Source: a virus | Lineage: Duplodnaviria > Caudoviricetes | Virus record (IMG/VR): IMGVR_UViG_3300020434_000055 | DNA: 64,000 nt | Strand: one strand, 5' to 3' | Shown: in pieces, positions 26,504 to 36,007 of the stretch | How the letters are laid out: the number at the start of each line of letters is the position of its first letter | Numbering within the stretch: the stretch's first letter is position 1 | The notes under the pieces: generated by a model | Databases searched by the model: none | The model's input: only the letters and a program-made list of their open reading frames with translations | Told to the model about the DNA's origin: nothing | Program-made: the position numbers and the translations under genes

Positions 26504-27262
26504 ATGGCAGATTTAGCAACACAAAAACAAGAAATATTCGACTACGTATACAATATGCTGGGCGGTGGCATGGTAGAAGTAGAGCTAGATCCAGCACATT
26601 ATGAAACAGCTTTACAAGATTCATTTGACAGATTCCGTCAAAGAGCAGATAATTCAGTAGAAGAAAGCTATATGTTTCTTACAACAGTAATAGACCAAAA
26701 TGCCTACACCTTAGCTAATGAAGTAATAGAAGTAAAAAAAATATATAGACGTTCAATTGGGTCACGAACGGGTGGAGGAGATGGCGGTACATTATTTGAA
26801 CCATTTAATTTAGCATATACAAACACATATCTTCTCGCTAGTACTAACATGGGAGGTTTAGCAACTTATAATATGTTTGCACAATTCCAAGAACTTGTGG
26901 GAAGAATGTTTGGTAGCTTTATTGAATTTAAATGGAACACTACAACTAAAGAATTAACTCTCTTACAACGACCTCGTTCAGACGAAGAATTACTATTATA
27001 TTGTTACAATTTTCGTCCAGATTCCGAATTAATGAAAGATTACCTAGTCAAAGAATGGCTTAAAAGACATACCCTTGCATTATGCAAAATATCACTAGGC
27101 CAAGCAAGAGGCAAGTTTGCCACTATTGCTGGACCACAAGGAGGAGCCGCATTAAACGGTGATTCTTTAAAACAAGAAGGTCAAGCCGAACTTGAAAAAC
27201 TTGATGAAGAACTAAAAACGCAAGTTGGTGGTGGTCAAGGGTATCATTTCACAATTGGTTAA
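26504..27262 (+). CDS. Neck protein / head-tail adaptor (T4 gp13-like)
   Basis: LGGGMVEVELDPAHY...WLKRHTLALCKISLGQARGKF...GPQGGAALNGDSLKQEG. The ATG at 26504 is preferred over the track's TTG start. Confidence 0.8.
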   Translation: MADLATQKQEIFDYVYNMLGGGMVEVELDPAHYETALQDSFDRFRQRADNSVEESYMFLTTVIDQNAYTLANEVIEVKKIYRRSIGSRTGGGDGGTLFEPFNLAYTNTYLLASTNMGGLATYNMFAQFQELVGRMFGSFIEFKWNTTTKELTLLQRPRSDEELLLYCYNFRPDSELMKDYLVKEWLKRHTLALCKISLGQARGKFATIAGPQGGAALNGDSLKQEGQAELEKLDEELKTQVGGGQGYHFTIG

Positions 27263-27271
27263 TAATAACAT

Positions 27272-27300
27272 TTGACATTCGCATAAATTTCCGTTATACT
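27272..27300 (+). promoter_or_regulatory. Sigma70-type promoter (dNMP kinase)
   Basis: TTGACA-17 nt-TATACT, then 6 nt to ATG at 27307. Confidence 0.75.
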
Positions 27301-27306
27301 TTATAA

Positions 27307-27900
27307 ATGATTATAGGTATTTGCGGTCTCATGGGTAGTGGAAAAGACACCATAGCCGATCATCTTATTCAAGAGCATCAATTTAAAAAAATATCATTCG
27401 CAGATAAATTAAAAGAATCTGTTGCTACAATGTTTGATTGGGATAGAACTATGCTTGACGGTCAAACAGATGAAAGTAGACAATGGCGAGAAAAACCAGA
27501 TGAATATTGGTCTAAAGAAGTAGGCAAATCTATTACTCCAAGATTTGTATTACAAAAATTTGGTACAGAATGTATGCGTGATAATTTTTATGACGGTATA
27601 TGGGTTAGTATGACTAAAAAGAAAATTTTAGATAATCCTAATACTAACTGGGTTGTTCCTGATGTTAGATTTGAAAATGAAGTTAAAATGATTAAAAGTA
27701 TCAATGGTCAAGTATGGTGGGTAAAAAGAGGTGAATTACCTACATGGTTTAGAGTTTATCAAGACATAGGTGTAGAACCTAAAGATGTACATCCTAGTGA
27801 ATGGTCTTGGGCAAAGGCTAATTTTGATAAAGTTTTAGATAATAATTCTACTATGGATAATCTTAAAAATCAGGTACAAGATCACCTTGTTTCCACTTAA
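27307..27900 (+). CDS. Deoxynucleoside monophosphate kinase (T4 gp1-like)
   Basis: MIIGICGLMGSGKDT P-loop, SFADKLK, TPRFVLQKFGTECMR, DVRFENE, HPSE. Confidence 0.88.
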   Translation: MIIGICGLMGSGKDTIADHLIQEHQFKKISFADKLKESVATMFDWDRTMLDGQTDESRQWREKPDEYWSKEVGKSITPRFVLQKFGTECMRDNFYDGIWVSMTKKKILDNPNTNWVVPDVRFENEVKMIKSINGQVWWVKRGELPTWFRVYQDIGVEPKDVHPSEWSWAKANFDKVLDNNSTMDNLKNQVQDHLVST

Positions 27901-28204
27901 ATCCTTCTTTATGTAATGTTCTTTGACAGTTGGCGCATACTGTTTTAAGATTTTTAAAGTTACAATTATTCATATGTCCATCAATATGAAACACATTAAA
28001 TTGTATTGGGTACTCACTTTTATACCCACACTTGTCACATTTACTTTTCATACGATAACCAGCATTATGCCATTTAGGCATACCATGATTGGCTCCACCA
28101 TATCTAATACAAGCTTCGCATTTACTTCTATAAAAGATTATATCCTTCTTATGATAGTTAATTGCACATGGATACTTGTTACAAACTTTACATAAAGGTC
28201 TCAT
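27863..28204 (-). CDS. Zn-finger / HNH-like small protein
   Basis: Three CxxC pairs, then CDKCG...FHIDGHMNNCNFKNLKTVCANC (HNH-type beta-beta-alpha-metal signature). Confidence 0.7.
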   Translation of the reverse strand: MRPLCKVCNKYPCAINYHKKDIIFYRSKCEACIRYGGANHGMPKWHNAGYRMKSKCDKCGYKSEYPIQFNVFHIDGHMNNCNFKNLKTVCANCQRTLHKEGFKWKQGDLVPDF

Positions 28205-28210
28205 ATAGCT

Positions 28211-28216
28211 TATTTA
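28211..28216 (-). promoter_or_regulatory. Late promoter core TAAATA, 6 nt before HNH-like ATG
   Basis: Minus strand reads GTAAATA-AGCTAT-ATG. Confidence 0.55.
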
Positions 28217-28276
28217 CCTGCCCTTTTCTGGCCCTTTTCATTTAGTAATTATAACCTGTCTTTTATGTAATAAGCA

Positions 28277-28282
28277 TAAATA
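28277..28282 (+). promoter_or_regulatory. Late promoter core TAAATA (sheath)
   Basis: CATAAATA upstream of the AGGAG SD and sheath ATG. Confidence 0.5.
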
Positions 28283-28318
28283 ACGTTAACAAAGGAATTA
28301 TAAGCAGGAGATTATAAA

Positions 28319-31300
28319 ATGGCATTAGTTTCACCAGGAGTACAAGTAAGCGTAATAGACGAAAGTTTCTATACACCGGCCGAACCAGGCACGGTGCCAA
28401 TGATATTCGTTGCATCAGCACAAGATAAAACATCAAGTTCAGGAACAGGAACAGCATCAGGCACAACAGCCGCAAATGCTGGTAAAGTTAATCTAATTAC
28501 TTCTCAAAGAGAGTTAGCAGAAACATTTGGTGATCCTACATTTACTAAAGATGGTAATAATAATCCTATACATGGTGGTGAACTTAATGAATGGGGACTA
28601 CAAGCGGCTTACTCTTATTTAGGTGTAGCCAACAGAGCTTATGTTGTTAGAGCGGCAGTTGATACTGGAGAATTAAATGCTTCTGCAACAACACCAGCGG
28701 CTAACCCTCCATCAGGAACTTATTGGCTAGATACTGCTAATACAGAATGGGGAGTATTTGTTTGGAATGGTAATGCGTCAACTACTACAGGTGGACAAAC
28801 ATTTACAAAACATGATCCAATAGTTATAACTGACAAAACAAATTGCGTAGGAGGTGTTGCAGGTGCAGTACCTAAAACTTCAATAGGAGCAGTTGGTGAT
28901 TATGCCATTAATGCTACTACTACGTATAACGATTTATATTTTAAAAAGCATGATGGAACTTGGCAAAAAGTTGCTTCTGCAGGATGGAAACAAAGTAATC
29001 CTGCTATAATTGGTGCAACATCAAATCCAACTATTACTAATGGTAAGACTATGACTCTTAATGGTAATAATGTTACTGCTTCAGGAACTACTTTAGATGC
29101 TTTAGTTACAGAAATAAACACTAATAATCCACACGCAGGTATTAAAGCTAAAAATCTTGATAACAAATTAGCAATTTATTCAGACGGTTCTCAAGCTGGT
29201 CCTTTAGATACTAAAGTGACAATTGTAGACGGTACAGGACTAATGGCAGAAGTAGGAATTACTGCTTCAACTGGTGATGGTTATAAAATACCAGCATACA
29301 ATACTTCTACTCACACTAACGTTCCAGCATTTAAAGGAACTCTAGGTAATGATGGAATGGCGTCAGGCGCTATTTGGCTTAAAACAACTAGTCCAAATTT
29401 AGGTGCAAATTGGAAAGTTAAGAAATTTAATGATACTACTAAACTTTGGGAAGACGTAAGTGCTTCATTATACTCTAGCAATGAATCTGCATTATATAGT
29501 TTAGATTTATCTGGAGGAGGAGTAAATCTTCCAGTTGGTACATTATACGTTAATACAGTAAATGGTCAAACTGGCGAAGCTGATTTTAAACTTTTCAGAC
29601 GAGCAAACACAGGTTCAACAACAATTACATCAAGTGCAATAGCAACACAATTAACAGCGGCTACATATGCAGTTACTATAGAAGAATCAATAGTAGGAGC
29701 AGAAGCTCTTGCTTCTAAGACTTTTAGTGTAACAACTACTGCGGCAACTACTGATGCTGATGTATTAGCAGGCGAAATTAATAACGCAAGTTTTACAAAT
29801 GTTAGTGCTAGTGTTGATACACTTAACAGAGTTGTAATAACTCACAATGATGGTGGAGAAATTAAAATTACTGACACAGATGGATTAATAGCTCTAGCAG
29901 GAATAACACAAGATTCAACTAACGTAACATATGAACCAGGTATAGATCCAGCTAGTCCTCCTACTCCTAGAGTATATAGAGGATCTAATTGGGGAGCATT
30001 AACACATAATTCTTCTTCAACAGCTCCTACTTCACTTGCAACAGATGGACAACTTTGGTATTCATCTATTGTTGACCAAGCAGATATTATGGAACATACA
30101 GGTGCTAAATGGGATGGTTATTTAACTGTAAATGCAAACACAGATCCAGCAGGACCACAAGTTTCTGCTACAGCACCAACTACACAATCAGATGCTACAG
30201 CTCTTGTAGATAGAGATTTATGGATTGATTCAAGTGATTTAGAAAACTATCCTAAAATTTCTAGATGGAATGCAAGTACATTAAAATGGGTAGCAGTAGA
30301 TAATTCAGATCAAACAACAGAAGATGGTATTGTATTTGCAGATAGTAGATCAAGTACAGCAGGCGCAGATGAAACAGATGCTACAATTGTTGCTTTACTA
30401 ACTAGCGATTTTGTAGATACAGATGCACCAGATCCAGCATTATATCCAAAAGGAACTTTACTTTTCAATACACGTAGAAGTGGATTTAATGTTAAGAAAT
30501 TTGCAAGAAATCATGTAGACACTACAGCTAACAATCTTAGAATGGGTAGTGCATCTATGAGTGGTTATTATGCTCACAGATGGGTTACAGAATCAGCTAA
30601 TAATTCAGATGGTTCAGGTTCATTTGGACGAAGATCACAAAGAAAAGTTGTTGTACAATCACTTCAAGCATTGGTTAATGCTAATCAAGAAATTAGAGAT
30701 GATGAATCAAGAATATTCAACGTAGTTGCTTGTCCTGGTTATCCAGAACTAATAGGTGAATTGGTTAGTCTTAATAATGACAGAAACTTGTCAGCATTTA
30801 TAGTTGGTGATTCACCAATGAGATTAACATCAGATGCAACGTCATTAAACAACTGGGCAACTAACGTTAGTTCAGCAACTGAAGACAATGACAATGGTCT
30901 TGTAACTAACGACGATTATCTTGGAGTGTTTTATCCATCAGGATTTACAAGTGATAATTTTGGTAACAACGTTGTTGTTCCACCAAGTCACATGATGCTT
31001 AGAACAATTGCTTTAAGTGATCAAGTTTCATTTCCATGGTTTGCTCCAGCAGGTACAAGACGAGGAGGAATTACAAACGCTAGTTCAACTGGATATATAG
31101 ATTCAGAAGGAGAATTTGTAAGTTCTCCATTAAATGAAGGTCAAAGAGACACTTTATATTCTAGCAATGTTAATCCACTTACTTTTATAACAGGTGCTGG
31201 TTTAGTTAATTATGGACAAAAAACTAGAGCAGGTGGTACTTCATCTTTAGACAGAATTAACGTATCAAGATTAGTAATTTACTTAAGAAGTCAATTAAAC

Positions 31301-31567
31301 AAATTGGCTAGACCTTTTGTATTTGAACCTAATGATAAAATTACAAGAGATGAAATAAAAGCACAGGCAGATAGCTTATTACTTGAATTAGTAGGTAACA
31401 GAGCATTATATGACTTCTTAGTAGTGTGTGATGAATCAAATAACACACCTTCAAGAATTGACAGAAACGAACTATATTTAGATATAGCAATTGAACCAGT
31501 AAAAGCAATAGAATTTATATACATTCCATTGAGACTTAAAAATACTGGCGAAATAGCTGGTTTATAA
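28319..31567 (+). CDS. Contractile tail sheath protein (T4 gp18-like) with large insertion domains
   Basis: MALVSPGVQVSVIDES start; C-terminal PWFAPAGTRRG, NVNPL, GQKT, SLDRINVSRL, FEPND..TR, CDESNNTPSRIDRNEL..DIAIEPVKAIEFIYI. Confidence 0.95.
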   Translation: MALVSPGVQVSVIDESFYTPAEPGTVPMIFVASAQDKTSSSGTGTASGTTAANAGKVNLITSQRELAETFGDPTFTKDGNNNPIHGGELNEWGLQAAYSYLGVANRAYVVRAAVDTGELNASATTPAANPPSGTYWLDTANTEWGVFVWNGNASTTTGGQTFTKHDPIVITDKTNCVGGVAGAVPKTSIGAVGDYAINATTTYNDLYFKKHDGTWQKVASAGWKQSNPAIIGATSNPTITNGKTMTLNGNNVTASGTTLDALVTEINTNNPHAGIKAKNLDNKLAIYSDGSQAGPLDTKVTIVDGTGLMAEVGITASTGDGYKIPAYNTSTHTNVPAFKGTLGNDGMASGAIWLKTTSPNLGANWKVKKFNDTTKLWEDVSASLYSSNESALYSLDLSGGGVNLPVGTLYVNTVNGQTGEADFKLFRRANTGSTTITSSAIATQLTAATYAVTIEESIVGAEALASKTFSVTTTAATTDADVLAGEINNASFTNVSASVDTLNRVVITHNDGGEIKITDTDGLIALAGITQDSTNVTYEPGIDPASPPTPRVYRGSNWGALTHNSSSTAPTSLATDGQLWYSSIVDQADIMEHTGAKWDGYLTVNANTDPAGPQVSATAPTTQSDATALVDRDLWIDSSDLENYPKISRWNASTLKWVAVDNSDQTTEDGIVFADSRSSTAGADETDATIVALLTSDFVDTDAPDPALYPKGTLLFNTRRSGFNVKKFARNHVDTTANNLRMGSASMSGYYAHRWVTESANNSDGSGSFGRRSQRKVVVQSLQALVNANQEIRDDESRIFNVVACPGYPELIGELVSLNNDRNLSAFIVGDSPMRLTSDATSLNNWATNVSSATEDNDNGLVTNDDYLGVFYPSGFTSDNFGNNVVVPPSHMMLRTIALSDQVSFPWFAPAGTRRGGITNASSTGYIDSEGEFVSSPLNEGQRDTLYSSNVNPLTFITGAGLVNYGQKTRAGGTSSLDRINVSRLVIYLRSQLNKLARPFVFEPNDKITRDEIKAQADSLLLELVGNRALYDFLVVCDESNNTPSRIDRNELYLDIAIEPVKAIEFIYIPLRLKNTGEIAGL

Positions 31568-31572
31568 TAGGA

Positions 31573-31578
31573 TAAATA
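31573..31578 (+). promoter_or_regulatory. Late promoter core TAAATA (tail tube)
   Basis: GATAAATA followed by AGGAG SD. Confidence 0.5.
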
Positions 31579-31597
31579 TTAATAGGAGATTATAAAA

Positions 31598-32224
31598 ATG
31601 AGTATATCAACATTATCAAAGATTACAGTACCTTTGAGTTCTAATCAAAGTTCTAGTAACCAAGGCCTATTAATGCCTAAGTTACAATATCGTTTTAGAG
31701 TAACTTTAGAAAACTTTGGTGTATCTACTCCTACTACTGAACTTACTAAACAAGTTCAGGATGTGATGAGACCTAATTTAAGTTTTGAAAAAACAACTAT
31801 TGATGTTTATAATTCAAAAGTATATCTTGCAGGTAAGCATACTTGGGAGCCAATTACTTTAACATTAAGAGAAGATGTTGCAAACAATGTTCAAAAATTA
31901 GTAGGCGAACAATTGCAGAAACAATTCGATTTCTTCGAACAATCTGCGGCGGCATCTGGAGCAGATTACAAATTTGTAACTAGAATTGAAATAACAGATG
32001 GAGCTAACGGAGCCAATGTAGTTAATGTTTTAGAAACATGGGAATTATATGGTTGTTATCTTGATTCTGCAAATTACAATACTTTAGCATATAACACTAG
32101 CGAACCAGTAACTGTAACACTTTCTATTGTATACGACAATGCTATACAAACACCACAAGGTTCAGGTGTAGGAACATCTGTAGGAAGAACAGTAAACACT
32201 TTAATTACTGGTGGCGGCGCATAA
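31598..32224 (+). CDS. Tail tube protein (T4 gp19-like)
   Basis: Follows the sheath; PKLQYRFRV, KVYLAGKHTWEPITLTLRED, ETWELYGC...YD pattern. Confidence 0.85.
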   Translation: MSISTLSKITVPLSSNQSSSNQGLLMPKLQYRFRVTLENFGVSTPTTELTKQVQDVMRPNLSFEKTTIDVYNSKVYLAGKHTWEPITLTLREDVANNVQKLVGEQLQKQFDFFEQSAAASGADYKFVTRIEITDGANGANVVNVLETWELYGCYLDSANYNTLAYNTSEPVTVTLSIVYDNAIQTPQGSGVGTSVGRTVNTLITGGGA

Positions 32225-32253
32225 TAACAAAATTTAAAATTCCACTAATAGAG

Positions 32254-32276
32254 GAGGCGCTAAGGCGCCTTTTTTA
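32254..32276 (+). terminator. Rho-independent terminator after tail tube
   Basis: AGGCGC-TAAG-GCGCCT stem-loop followed by a T-run. Confidence 0.8.
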
Positions 32277-32301
32277 TTCTCTACCCTGTTTTTCTACTCG
32301 A

Positions 32302-32307
32302 TAAATA
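32302..32307 (+). promoter_or_regulatory. Late promoter core TAAATA, 6 nt before ATG 32314
   Basis: GATAAATA-CTGTAT-ATG, immediately after the terminator. Confidence 0.65.
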
Positions 32308-32313
32308 CTGTAT

Positions 32314-33462
32314 ATGGCAAACTTACTAAACGGATTTTTAGATAACTTAAAAAGTGGTATATTAGGACCTAAAGGTAATTTAGGTGACTTTGCTCATGCG
32401 GCTAGACTGTATGTAGATGACAGTTTTAGACTTGCTCCAAAGAGTAAATTTTTATATCACGTAACATTTAACATTAATGATAGTGCTGGTATAACTGATC
32501 CACCCTTAACAAATCATAAACATGAATTGAATATGTTAGTAAAACAGGTTGACTTACCTAAATATACAATTGATGTGGATATGGTTCAAGCATATAATAA
32601 GAAAAGAAAAATTCAAAAAAGAATTCAATATGATCCAGTAGCTATTTCATTTCATGATGACAATTATGGAGTAACTACTGCACTATGGGAATGTTATTAT
32701 AGATATTACTTTAAAGACGGTAACTATGGAGACACAATGACAGATGGTTCTCCTGATATGACATCACCACCTGCATATAAAAAACCTTATAATAGAGGAT
32801 TAACATATATGTCGTCTGAAATGAACAAATTTAATTTTGGATTAGACAATAATAGTCTTGCTCCATTTTTTCACAGTATTCAAATTTATCAAATGGCTAG
32901 AAAAACATATACTTGTTACACATTAGTTAACCCTATAATTTCTGGTTGGGAACATGATTCACTTTCTAATGAAGACACAGGTCCAGTACAAAATCGAATG
33001 AGAGTAGAATATGAAGCAGTATTTTATAGTCGGGGTCCAGTAAGTCAAGGTAAGGCACCTAAAACTTTTGCCGATCCTGCTCATTATGATAGAACTCCAA
33101 GTCCTAATTCATTAAGTGGTGGTGGTACAACAAGTGTATTTGGAACTGGTGGTATATTAGATGGTTTATTTGGTGGAGGAGGTTCAGGACCTAATACTTA
33201 CATAGGCAGTCAAGGAGGTAAGAGAGGAAAAATGACCTTAGGATCTATCATTAGGACTGCTAATAGAATTAGAAATTTGAAAAAATTAAGTAAAGATGGT
33301 TTAAGACAAGAAGGATTTAATATATTAGTAGGAGCAATTGGTAAAATAGGACAAACGGCAGATGCTTCTAAAGGTGTTGCAAATACACATCTTGGAAAAT
33401 CTATTAATAGTGTTAGAAGTGGAGTAGTAAAAGCAATCCAAAAAACAAACAAACTCATATAG
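32314..33462 (+). CDS. Tail-tube-fold baseplate protein (gp19/gp48/gp54-like)
   Basis: LVKQVDLPKYTI...YNKKR...IQYDPVAISFHDD...W.YY, LVNPIISGWEH, V.YE tube-fold pattern. Confidence 0.6.
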   Translation: MANLLNGFLDNLKSGILGPKGNLGDFAHAARLYVDDSFRLAPKSKFLYHVTFNINDSAGITDPPLTNHKHELNMLVKQVDLPKYTIDVDMVQAYNKKRKIQKRIQYDPVAISFHDDNYGVTTALWECYYRYYFKDGNYGDTMTDGSPDMTSPPAYKKPYNRGLTYMSSEMNKFNFGLDNNSLAPFFHSIQIYQMARKTYTCYTLVNPIISGWEHDSLSNEDTGPVQNRMRVEYEAVFYSRGPVSQGKAPKTFADPAHYDRTPSPNSLSGGGTTSVFGTGGILDGLFGGGGSGPNTYIGSQGGKRGKMTLGSIIRTANRIRNLKKLSKDGLRQEGFNILVGAIGKIGQTADASKGVANTHLGKSINSVRSGVVKAIQKTNKLI

Positions 33463-33471
33463 GATAAATTT

Positions 33472-33846
33472 ATGGCATTACCTAATACAAACATACCAAA
33501 TGAATCTAAAGACAGTTCAGCACCTGTTAAAGAATTTTTTAATAAATTTTTTACTGATCCTATAAATTTTCCTAGCAACCAAGTAGATGCAGTTGTTGGA
33601 TTTTTTGAATCTAGAGGCTTTGATAAAGTTGCTAGTAGAAGTACTGCAACAGTTTTATTACAACAAGCTAAATTAGATGGTGTTAATGTTTTTGAATTAG
33701 TTGACACATTAAAAGGTGTAGAATCTGCTAAACTCAGTTTTATGGTTACTGAAATTCTTAATCATAATAGATCAAAAATATCAACGTTAGGTTATAAAAT
33801 TACAAACCCAAACGAGTCTACTGAAAAAAGAAATATAGTGGTGTAA
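33472..33846 (+). CDS. Hypothetical protein (tail/baseplate cluster)
   Basis: 124-aa ORF with AGGA SD. Confidence 0.5.
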   Translation: MALPNTNIPNESKDSSAPVKEFFNKFFTDPINFPSNQVDAVVGFFESRGFDKVASRSTATVLLQQAKLDGVNVFELVDTLKGVESAKLSFMVTEILNHNRSKISTLGYKITNPNESTEKRNIVV

Positions 33847-33850
33847 GTCC

Positions 33851-34288
33851 ATGAAACGTTATATTAATGGTAGATTCAATCCAAAGAATCCTAGCAAATA
33901 CATAGGTAATAGATCACCTTTATATAGATCAAGTTGGGAATTTGCTTTCATGAGATTTTGTGATGAAAGTCCTAGTATTAGCAAATGGGCCAATGAAGCA
34001 ATTAAGATACCTTACAAACATCCTTTCACAGGAAAATTTTCAATATATGTTCCTGATTTTTTTATAGCATATACAGATAAAGCAGGTAAAAGTCATGCAG
34101 AAGTTGTAGAAATTAAACCAGAAAATCAAACTAGAAAAGAAAAATTAGGTGAAAGCAAAGCTAACAAAATACAATATGTTATTAATCAAGCTAAATGGAA
34201 TTCCGCTATGGCTTGGTGTAAAAATAAAGGTTTTAAATTTAGAGTAGTAAATGAAAAAGACCTTTTCCATACTGGAAGACGCGGTTAA
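33851..34288 (+). CDS. Head completion nuclease (T4 gp4-like, PD-(D/E)xK)
   Basis: G.F.PKNP.KY.G...YRSSWE..FM..CD....W..E...IPY...Y.PDF...EIKP..Q. Confidence 0.85.
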   Translation: MKRYINGRFNPKNPSKYIGNRSPLYRSSWEFAFMRFCDESPSISKWANEAIKIPYKHPFTGKFSIYVPDFFIAYTDKAGKSHAEVVEIKPENQTRKEKLGESKANKIQYVINQAKWNSAMAWCKNKGFKFRVVNEKDLFHTGRRG

Positions 34289-34317
34289 AATTCTAAATAA
34301 ATATAGTAGTATATAAT

Positions 34318-34824
34318 ATGACTAAAAAATTAGAAGAACTTTTAAACTTACCTGAATCTCAATCCATAGTAGATGAAGATAAAGCCAATGAGAAACAGGC
34401 TAAAGTTAAAGCAGAAGCAGAAAAAGAACAAATAACTACCAAAAGAGATATAGCAGAACTAGACAAAATAACTGCCGCTTTACCTAGAGTAGACGGATTA
34501 GGTTCATTAGGTGATACAGAATTAAATGATATTAGTTCTAAAGCCATAGATGCATATGAAGATTTAATGGATTTAGGTATGAACGTAGAAAGTAGGTACT
34601 CTTCTAGAGTGTTTGAAGTAGCAGGACAAATGCTCAAAACAGCCCTTGATTCCAAGGTAGCTAAAATAGACAAGAAGCTTAAAATGGTCGATTTACAGTT
34701 AAAGAAACAAAAACAAGACTCTAAACAAGGTACAGAAGACACTTCTAGCATAGTACAGGGCGAAGGATATGTTATATCTGACCGTAATAGTTTATTAGAG
34801 AAACTTAGAAAACTGGATAAATAA
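34318..34824 (+). CDS. Terminase small subunit (T4 gp16-like), putative
   Basis: Helical SRVFEVAGQMLKTALD...KKL...LQ...DRNSLL motif; lies upstream of the large subunit. Confidence 0.55.
   Translation: MTKKLEELLNLPESQSIVDEDKANEKQAKVKAEAEKEQITTKRDIAELDKITAALPRVDGLGSLGDTELNDISSKAIDAYEDLMDLGMNVESRYSSRVFEVAGQMLKTALDSKVAKIDKKLKMVDLQLKKQKQDSKQGTEDTSSIVQGEGYVISDRNSLLEKLRKLDK
34818..34823 (+). promoter_or_regulatory. Late promoter core TAAATA, 6 nt before ATG 34830
   Basis: GATAAATA-ATACGT-ATG. Confidence 0.55.
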
Positions 34825-34829
34825 TACGT

Positions 34830-35378
34830 ATGCAAATAGATTTTAAAAAATATATAGCAGAAAGTAAAAAAACTTACAATTTTAAAGTAGGTTTAGCAGG
34901 TATGTTAGCAGATGATACTGGTGATAGACTTGAATCTTTAATGCAAAAATTTAGTGTAGTTAACATGAGTAACGGTAAAAAAACACCTATTCAAAAGAAA
35001 GCATTAGATTTCCCTGCATTAGAAAATACAGAAGTTACATATTTTGACATTGAAGTTGAATATCCAACAACTACTTCTGTCCTTGAGCAATACTTAAAAG
35101 ATTCATTAGGACTACCTGCTAATCATGTAGTAGTTAGAAAACCTGGTGATCCTTTAGTTGCTATACAAGAAGAACCTAAAGCAAATGGAGATAAGAAAGC
35201 AAATTTAGAAAGTGACTATCCTAAAAGTGATTCTGCCGCAACAAAAACAGCAGGAGATTCAAGAGTAATGGAACTACTTAAAGAATTAGAAAAAGTTAGA
35301 AAAGATAGAGATGCACCTGATGCCGCTAAAGATGTTAAAGTTAATCCAGAAGGCAATAAAGGAATAATGGAGAAATAA
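34830..35378 (+). CDS. Hypothetical protein
   Basis: 182-aa ORF; no recognised motif. Confidence 0.55.
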   Translation: MQIDFKKYIAESKKTYNFKVGLAGMLADDTGDRLESLMQKFSVVNMSNGKKTPIQKKALDFPALENTEVTYFDIEVEYPTTTSVLEQYLKDSLGLPANHVVVRKPGDPLVAIQEEPKANGDKKANLESDYPKSDSAATKTAGDSRVMELLKELEKVRKDRDAPDAAKDVKVNPEGNKGIMEK

Positions 35379-35380
35379 AA

Positions 35381-35959
35381 ATGGATATTAGTGATTTTAA
35401 TATTAGAAAACATATAGAAAAGATAGACAAGATTCAAACTAAAGAACAGTTGAAAGAAGAAGCCGACAAAGCAAATATAAAAGAAGCGGCTCAAATTTCT
35501 ATTGCTGGCGACTCTGCAGACGAAGTTAATAACTTAATGCAAATTTTTAGAAATGCAGGTGTACAAGCTCCAGCTTCTATGTCACCTTGCGGAACAGAAG
35601 TTACACCAGACATGATTAATCAAGAACCAAAAGCTGATGAACCAGAAACTGGTGATGAAACATTAGATAAAATTTTAAGTCCTGAAGATGAACTAGCTTC
35701 AGAAGAAACTAAAGACGAAGTACCTGGTCAAGCAAGTACTACACCTGATCCTAAATATCAAGATGCACAATATATGACAAAAGATATTGCAGGTGGTATT
35801 AATAAAGCTAAAAAAACATATCCTAAAGTATCAGATGGTGATAATCCAATGGCAGTCAAAGAAAGACTTATTTCGGAATACCAAATGTTTAAAAATAAAA
35901 CAGAACCTCGTGGAACTGTAGTTACTGACGATATGATTAATCAAAAATCAACGAAATAG
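35381..35959 (+). CDS. Hypothetical acidic protein (possible head/scaffold-associated)
   Basis: 192-aa low-complexity acidic ORF with GGAG SD. Confidence 0.5.
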   Translation: MDISDFNIRKHIEKIDKIQTKEQLKEEADKANIKEAAQISIAGDSADEVNNLMQIFRNAGVQAPASMSPCGTEVTPDMINQEPKADEPETGDETLDKILSPEDELASEETKDEVPGQASTTPDPKYQDAQYMTKDIAGGINKAKKTYPKVSDGDNPMAVKERLISEYQMFKNKTEPRGTVVTDDMINQKSTK

Positions 35960-35996
35960 ACCCCCGAATATAATATTTCCTCCCCATAATCCACAA

Positions 35997-36002
35997 TAAA
36001 TA
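35997..36002 (+). promoter_or_regulatory. Late promoter core TAAATA, 5 nt before terminase ATG
   Basis: AATAAATA-CTGTT-ATG. Confidence 0.6.
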
Positions 36003-36007
36003 CTGTT

